Assembly: GCA_023389045.1 (NCBI GenBank)
Contig: JAEWEZ010000014.1
Span: forward strand, 7,772-71,771
Origin: Actinomycetes bacterium
GTDB taxonomy: Bacteria > Actinomycetota > Actinomycetes > Actinomycetales > Dermabacteraceae
DNA: 64,000 nucleotides
Direction: 5' to 3'
In this document: positions 59,457-64,000 of the stretch, one piece after another
Numbering within the stretch: position 1 is the stretch's first letter
Layout: each line of letters starts with the position of its first letter
Made by a program: the position numbers and the translations under genes
Notes under the pieces: generated by a model
Databases searched by the model: none
What the model saw: only the letters and a program-made list of their open reading frames with translations
Told to the model about the DNA's origin: nothing

Positions 59457-60380
59457 TCAGGGCGCCGGCCGCGTGGTGAGTTCGTGGGCGGCGGCCCGGT
59501 ACGCAAGGGCGCCCGAGGAGCCCGGATCGTAGGTCAGCACGGTTTCCCCGTAGCTGGGCGCCTCGGAGATGCGCACCGATCGCGGGATCGTGGTTTCGAG
59601 GGTCTGCTCGGGGAAGTGATCGCGCACATCCTGCGCAACCTGCGCGGCAAGACGGGTACGGGCGTCGTACATCGTCAGCAGAATCGAGGAGACCTGCAGA
59701 TCGGGGTTCAGGTGCTGGCGGATCAGGTCGATATTACGCAGCAACAGTGCGAGCCCCTCGAGGGCGTAGTACTCCGCCTGAATCGGGATCAGCACTTCCC
59801 GCGCGGCCACGAGGGCGTTCACGGTCAGGAGCCCGAGGGACGGGGGACAGTCGATCAGCACATAGTCCAGACGGGGCAAGCCGGCTTCGGCACGCTGCTC
59901 CAGGAGGTCACGGATCGCTCCACGCAGTCGGTTTTCGCGCGCCACCATCGAAACGAGTTCAATCTCAGCACCGGCGAGATTGATGGTGGCCGGGGCGCAC
60001 AGCAGATTCTCGACACCAACGGCCGGCTGGATGACCTCGGCCATCGGCACAGACTCGACGAGCACCTCATACATGCTGGTCACCTCAGCGTGATGCTCGA
60101 TGCCGAGGGCGGTGGAGGCGTTCCCCTGCGGGTCCACATCCACGACCAGAACCTGCAGGCCACCGAGCGCCAGAGCAGCGGCCATATTGACGGCGGTCGA
60201 GGTTTTCCCGACCCCGCCCTTCTGGTTCGCCACGGTCATGATGCGGGTGTTCTCGGGACGCTCGAACACGAGGCCCTCCAGTCGACGTCGACGGGCATGG
60301 TCGCGCGTCAGCTCACGCATCAGCGGGGTGTCCTCCATGTCCCCACCGGAGGGGATGGAGCCGTCGCGCTTCTCAGCCAC
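59457..60380 (-). CDS. parA: Chromosome partitioning ATPase ParA (Soj)
   Basis: NQKGGVGKT, DPQGNAS, IDCPPSLG, EYYALEG, IPRSVRISEAPS; start approximate. Confidence 0.97.
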   Translation of the reverse strand: MAEKRDGSIPSGGDMEDTPLMRELTRDHARRRRLEGLVFERPENTRIMTVANQKGGVGKTSTAVNMAAALALGGLQVLVVDVDPQGNASTALGIEHHAEVTSMYEVLVESVPMAEVIQPAVGVENLLCAPATINLAGAEIELVSMVARENRLRGAIRDLLEQRAEAGLPRLDYVLIDCPPSLGLLTVNALVAAREVLIPIQAEYYALEGLALLLRNIDLIRQHLNPDLQVSSILLTMYDARTRLAAQVAQDVRDHFPEQTLETTIPRSVRISEAPSYGETVLTYDPGSSGALAYRAAAHELTTRPAP

Positions 60381-61038
60381 GTCGATCTGCCTTCCTCGTC
60401 GCCTGCGTGTGCTTACGCACCCTGACCACTGTAGTGGGAACCTCCACCTCGCCATGCCCGTGCTGCTCGATCCGCGGATCACTACCGCCCAGTCGCTTGA
60501 GCACCTTCTGGGCTTTGTCGATCTCCTCCGCGGCCGAACTTCCCTTCATGGCCAGCAGTTCTCCACCGTCGGCCACGAGCGGAAGGGTCCAGCCGGCAAG
60601 TTTCGTGAGGGCCGCAACCGCCCGAGCGGTCACCGCATCGAAAGTGCGCTCACCGTGGAGTTCTTCGGCGCGGGCACGCACGACCTCCACCCCGAGGTCG
60701 AGCTCCTCATTCACTTCCTCAAGCCAGGTGCAGCGGCGCTGCATCGTCTCAATCAGCGTGACCTGGAGATCCGGCCGAGCAATCGCAATAACGATCCCGG
60801 GCAGGCCAGCGCCAGAGCCCACATCGGCGAGGGTACGCACCTGCGGGTCGATCGCGCCGACCATCAGGGCGCAGTTGAGCACATGCCGTTCCCACAGCCG
60901 GTCCACTTCACGCGGACCAATGAGTCCACGCTCAACCCCCTGCTCGGCAAGCATCGTGGTGAACCGCTCGGCAAGAGGCAAGCGATCACCGAACAGACGC
61001 TGCGCGAGAGGGAGCAGATCGGCGGGGACGTGCATCAC
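60373..61038 (-). CDS. rsmG: 16S rRNA m7G527 methyltransferase
   Basis: GLIGPRE..RLWERH, DVGSGAGLPG, TARAVA, MKG. Confidence 0.97.
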   Translation of the reverse strand: MMHVPADLLPLAQRLFGDRLPLAERFTTMLAEQGVERGLIGPREVDRLWERHVLNCALMVGAIDPQVRTLADVGSGAGLPGIVIAIARPDLQVTLIETMQRRCTWLEEVNEELDLGVEVVRARAEELHGERTFDAVTARAVAALTKLAGWTLPLVADGGELLAMKGSSAAEEIDKAQKVLKRLGGSDPRIEQHGHGEVEVPTTVVRVRKHTQATRKADRRG

Positions 61039-61043
61039 GGCGC

Positions 61044-61643
61044 TCAGGCGGCGGAGCCGTCGGGGTAAATCACGACGTGACGGTCCTTGCCGTCCCCGTC
61101 GGACTCCGAAACCAGCTTTTCGCGCTTGGCAACGTCATGAACCACCTTGCGCTCGAAGGGGTTCATGGGGCGCAGCGGGACAGGCTGGCCGGTGCGGCGC
61201 ACCTCCTCGATGGCCTTGTGGGCGAGGTCTTCGAGGTCTTCCTTCCGCTGGGCGCGGAAGCCGCCGATGTCGAGCATCAGGCGGGAGCGGTTGCCGGTGC
61301 GGGTCTGCACGGCAAGGCGTGCGAGCTCCTGCAGGGCGTCCAGCAGTTCGCCCTTGGGCTGATTCATACGGGCGAGCTGATCGGCGCCGCGGATTTCCAC
61401 GGAAGCGCGGTCGCCGTCCACATCGATGTCGATATCGCCGTCGAGGTCGGCAATGTCGAGCAGTTCCTCGAGGTAGTCGGCGGCAATATCGCCTTCCTCT
61501 TCGAGGCGACGCAGGCGCTCGGCGGGGTCCTCAGCGGGGCGCTCTGCACGCTCGGTGCTTTCGGTCTGTTCGGCGGCGGGGGCGGTGTCGGTCGATGGGG
61601 CGGGGTTCTCGGGCACGGTGGTCTCAGCGGTGTTCTCGGTCAT
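61044..61643 (-). CDS. jag: Jag/KhpB-like KH-R3H RNA-binding protein
   Basis: EEEGDIAADYLEELLDIAD, LDALQEL, PMNPFERKVVHD R3H motif. Confidence 0.93.
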   Translation of the reverse strand: MTENTAETTVPENPAPSTDTAPAAEQTESTERAERPAEDPAERLRRLEEEGDIAADYLEELLDIADLDGDIDIDVDGDRASVEIRGADQLARMNQPKGELLDALQELARLAVQTRTGNRSRLMLDIGGFRAQRKEDLEDLAHKAIEEVRRTGQPVPLRPMNPFERKVVHDVAKREKLVSESDGDGKDRHVVIYPDGSAA

Positions 61644-61709
61644 TGAGGGGTCCTCCTGGGGTGCAGGGGTGCCCGGCCGCGGCGATGCGACCGGGGGTGG
61701 TCGGTCGGG

Positions 61710-62828
61710 TCAGCGGCGCTTCTTCTTGGACTTTGAGGAGCCCTTGGTGCCGCCGAGGGCCTTGCTGGAGCCGCCCTGGAAGTTCCCGCCGGTCTTGTCC
61801 TCGGCGGCTGCCTTAGCGCGGCGCTCCTCCTGGGCTTTGGCGCGGGCAGCGCGGGCGCGTTCGAGCTTTTCCTGGTCGGTGAGTTTCTTGCCGTCGGCTC
61901 GTTTCTTGCCGACGGGCTGCACGCGGATCGGGGCTTCGGGTTCCTCCACCACGGGCTTCTTCGGGGTGAAGTCGATCGGTTCGAGACCCTTAGCCTTGCG
62001 CTTGGCATTGATCCGCTCGTGGCGAGCCTTTTCCGCTGCAGACCCCGGAGTGGGGGTGGCGCGGATGACGATGTACTGCTGCACAAGGGTCCACACGTTG
62101 GTGGTGAGCCAGTAGACGAGCACACCGATCGGCATACCGGGGCCGGTCAGCACGTAAATGAACGGCAGGGTGTACAGCATCATCTTCTGCGTGGATGCCA
62201 TCGGGCCTTCGAGGGCGGCCTTCGGCATATTGCGCATCGTCAGTTCCTTCTGGGTGATGAAGGTGACGGCGCACATGAGCGCGATGATGATGCCGGCGAT
62301 GACCATCGAGGTGGTGCCGCCGGCGGCGGGCTTCAGGAAGCTATCGGCGATGGTCACCGAGCCCATGAAGGTGCCGCGGTAGGCCGAGTGGGCCAATTCT
62401 GCGGTGAGCGGGCCGAAGCCCTTGCCTTCAGCGGCGTCGTGCAGGTGGTAGAAGAGCACCCGGAACAGCGCGAAGAAGATCGGCATCTGCAGCAGAATCG
62501 GCAGGCAGGAGGAGAAGGGGCGCGCCCCGGCCTCCTTGTAGATCGCCATGGTTTCGTTGGCCATGGCCTGCCGGGAGGCCTGGTCGGTCTTGCCCTTGTA
62601 CTTCTTCTGCACGGCCTGCAGCTGCGGGGACACCATCTGCATGGCGCGGGATGCCCGGATCTGCTTCACGAACAGCGGGATGATCAGGGTTCGGATCACG
62701 GCCGTCAGGCCGACGATCGACAGCACCCAGGTCCAGCCCGAGTCGGGGTCCATAAACAGTGAGAGCAGGGCATGGAACTGCACCATGATCCATGCGACGG
62801 CCCATTCGATGGGGTAGAGAATCTGCAT
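61710..62828 (-). CDS. yidC: Membrane protein insertase YidC
   Basis: IRTLIIPLFVKQ, SCLPILLQMPIFF, GVLVYWLTTN. Confidence 0.97.
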   Translation of the reverse strand: MQILYPIEWAVAWIMVQFHALLSLFMDPDSGWTWVLSIVGLTAVIRTLIIPLFVKQIRASRAMQMVSPQLQAVQKKYKGKTDQASRQAMANETMAIYKEAGARPFSSCLPILLQMPIFFALFRVLFYHLHDAAEGKGFGPLTAELAHSAYRGTFMGSVTIADSFLKPAAGGTTSMVIAGIIIALMCAVTFITQKELTMRNMPKAALEGPMASTQKMMLYTLPFIYVLTGPGMPIGVLVYWLTTNVWTLVQQYIVIRATPTPGSAAEKARHERINAKRKAKGLEPIDFTPKKPVVEEPEAPIRVQPVGKKRADGKKLTDQEKLERARAARAKAQEERRAKAAAEDKTGGNFQGGSSKALGGTKGSSKSKKKRR

Positions 62829-62913
62829 CGGCCTGGTCTTCCTGCCGCCGGGCGGCGCATGTCGTTCATGCGATGTGGCGGCTGACGGTCGGGGTTCTGA
62901 TCAAGGGTAGGCC

Positions 62914-63213
62914 CTATTGGGCCGGCTTCCTGAGTTGACGGGGGTTGGACCACATTCCAGGGGCTGGAACGGGGTCGATTCCGCCGTGGGTGAAGGGGTT
63001 GCAGCGCATGATCCGCCAGGCGGTCAGGAGGGTTCCCTTCAGGGCTCCGTGCACGCGCAGCGCATCCACTCCGTACTGGGAACACACCGGGTAGTACCGG
63101 CAGGCGGGTGGGGTGTAGGGCGAGATCCCCACCTGGTAGGCGCGCACCGGGAGCATCAGCAGCCGACGGGGCAGTCGGGTGATAACGCTGGTCATGGTGC
63201 GCTCCCGGGTCAT
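62914..63213 (-). CDS. yidD: Membrane protein insertion efficiency factor
   Basis: YQVGISP, CRYYPVCSQY, RIMRCNPF, GGIDPVP. Confidence 0.96.
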   Translation of the reverse strand: MTRERTMTSVITRLPRRLLMLPVRAYQVGISPYTPPACRYYPVCSQYGVDALRVHGALKGTLLTAWRIMRCNPFTHGGIDPVPAPGMWSNPRQLRKPAQ

Positions 63214-63587
63214 GGGGTACTCGTCGTTTCCGGGGCCCGACGCTGGCTGAGCTTGCGCATGGCGCTGTTCAGAGCGGAGGTGACGTCTGCTTCGAGCTGC
63301 GCGAAGGGCTGCTGATCGATCCCGGGCAGGGTTCGTACGACGATGCCGGTCTGGGCAGGCAGGGTGGCGAGCTGGGGGCGCAGGATTTCGCGAAGGCGCC
63401 GGGTGACGCGGTTGCGGATGACAGCGTTGCCAATGCGCTTGGACACGACGAAACCCACGCGGGGTGCGGTGCCGTCCGAAAGATGGGCGACGTGCACGAC
63501 CACGTGGGATCGAGCGGCGCGGGGTCCTCCACGGGTGACGGCTCGGAAGTCGTCACCGGTGCGGAGCCGGTGGCGCGACCAGGTCAT
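63210..63587 (-). CDS. rnpA: Ribonuclease P protein component
   Basis: RLR..DF, RVGFVVSKRIGNAVIRNRVTRRLR. Confidence 0.96.
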   Translation of the reverse strand: MTWSRHRLRTGDDFRAVTRGGPRAARSHVVVHVAHLSDGTAPRVGFVVSKRIGNAVIRNRVTRRLREILRPQLATLPAQTGIVVRTLPGIDQQPFAQLEADVTSALNSAMRKLSQRRAPETTSTP

Positions 63588-63627
63588 GGTCGCATCACCG
63601 TCGGCTGCGCGGGCCTGGTCTGTCGGC

Positions 63628-63765
63628 TCAGGCCGACAGGGAGGCGCGGCCCTTGGAACGACGGGCGTTCACAATCGCGCGGCCGGCGCGGGTACGCATG
63701 CGGGCGCGGAAGCCGTGCTTCTTGGCGCGGCGGCGGTTGTTCGGCTGGAACGTGCGCTTGGTCAT
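63628..63765 (-). CDS. rpmH: 50S ribosomal protein L34
   Basis: [23 protein letters not shown]. Confidence 0.98.
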   Translation of the reverse strand: MTKRTFQPNNRRRAKKHGFRARMRTRAGRAIVNARRSKGRASLSA

Positions 63766-64000
63766 CGGTTCTCCTCGGTCGTGGGCACGGATGTGCCCCT
63801 CGCGGTGGTCTGTGGGTGCGGTGCTGGCGGGCCGAGCGCTCCCGCGATGGGCGGGGGTGCGGGAACGGGCCGCGCGCGGACGCCACGGATGGGCGCACAG
63901 CACTGACTGGTCGATCCTAGGGAGGTGCCCGAGGTCGGTCAATGGTCGCGGCCCAGCTCAGGCCAGGCTGTGTCCAGATTCTCATCTGTCGAGCCCGCGG

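Overview
High-GC actinobacterial chromosomal segment (gene order and content look Micrococcales-like, possibly Dermabacteraceae; this is inference) lying immediately left of the expected dnaA/oriC. From left to right it contains: a nickel-pincer/gluconeogenesis region (partial larA, pgm/pmm, larC with a relocated tract of about 44 His, cupin, ppsA, ppsR); a Zur-box-preceded anchored-repeat metal ABC operon; selO; a divergent carbohydrate locus (phosphodiesterase family, GH38, GH4, DeoR / PfkB, ABC, GH31); an NYN protein; tRNA-Leu(CAG); a decayed LamG/LARTG surface-protein gene; rpsF-ssb-rpsR-rplI; ponA; cca; DUF6049-murJ-pseudokinase-orphan RsmA-like gene-trxB-degenerate CxxS thioredoxin; and parB-parA-rsmG-jag-yidC-yidD-rnpA-rpmH. 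The most unusual signals are non-coding. (1) A 3.6-kb gene-free, lower-GC block next to parB carries a DnaA-box cluster and 13 imperfect parS sites, beside a ParB with a long Lys/Ala-rich N-terminal insertion. (2) A 67-bp hairpin repeat family (7 copies, mostly doublets) always lies just downstream of a stop codon, in the sense of that gene. (3) A strongly over-represented 13-mer, GGGGCCGACGGGG, occurs both between genes and within low-complexity protein segments. All calls come from reading the sequence by eye; no searches were run.
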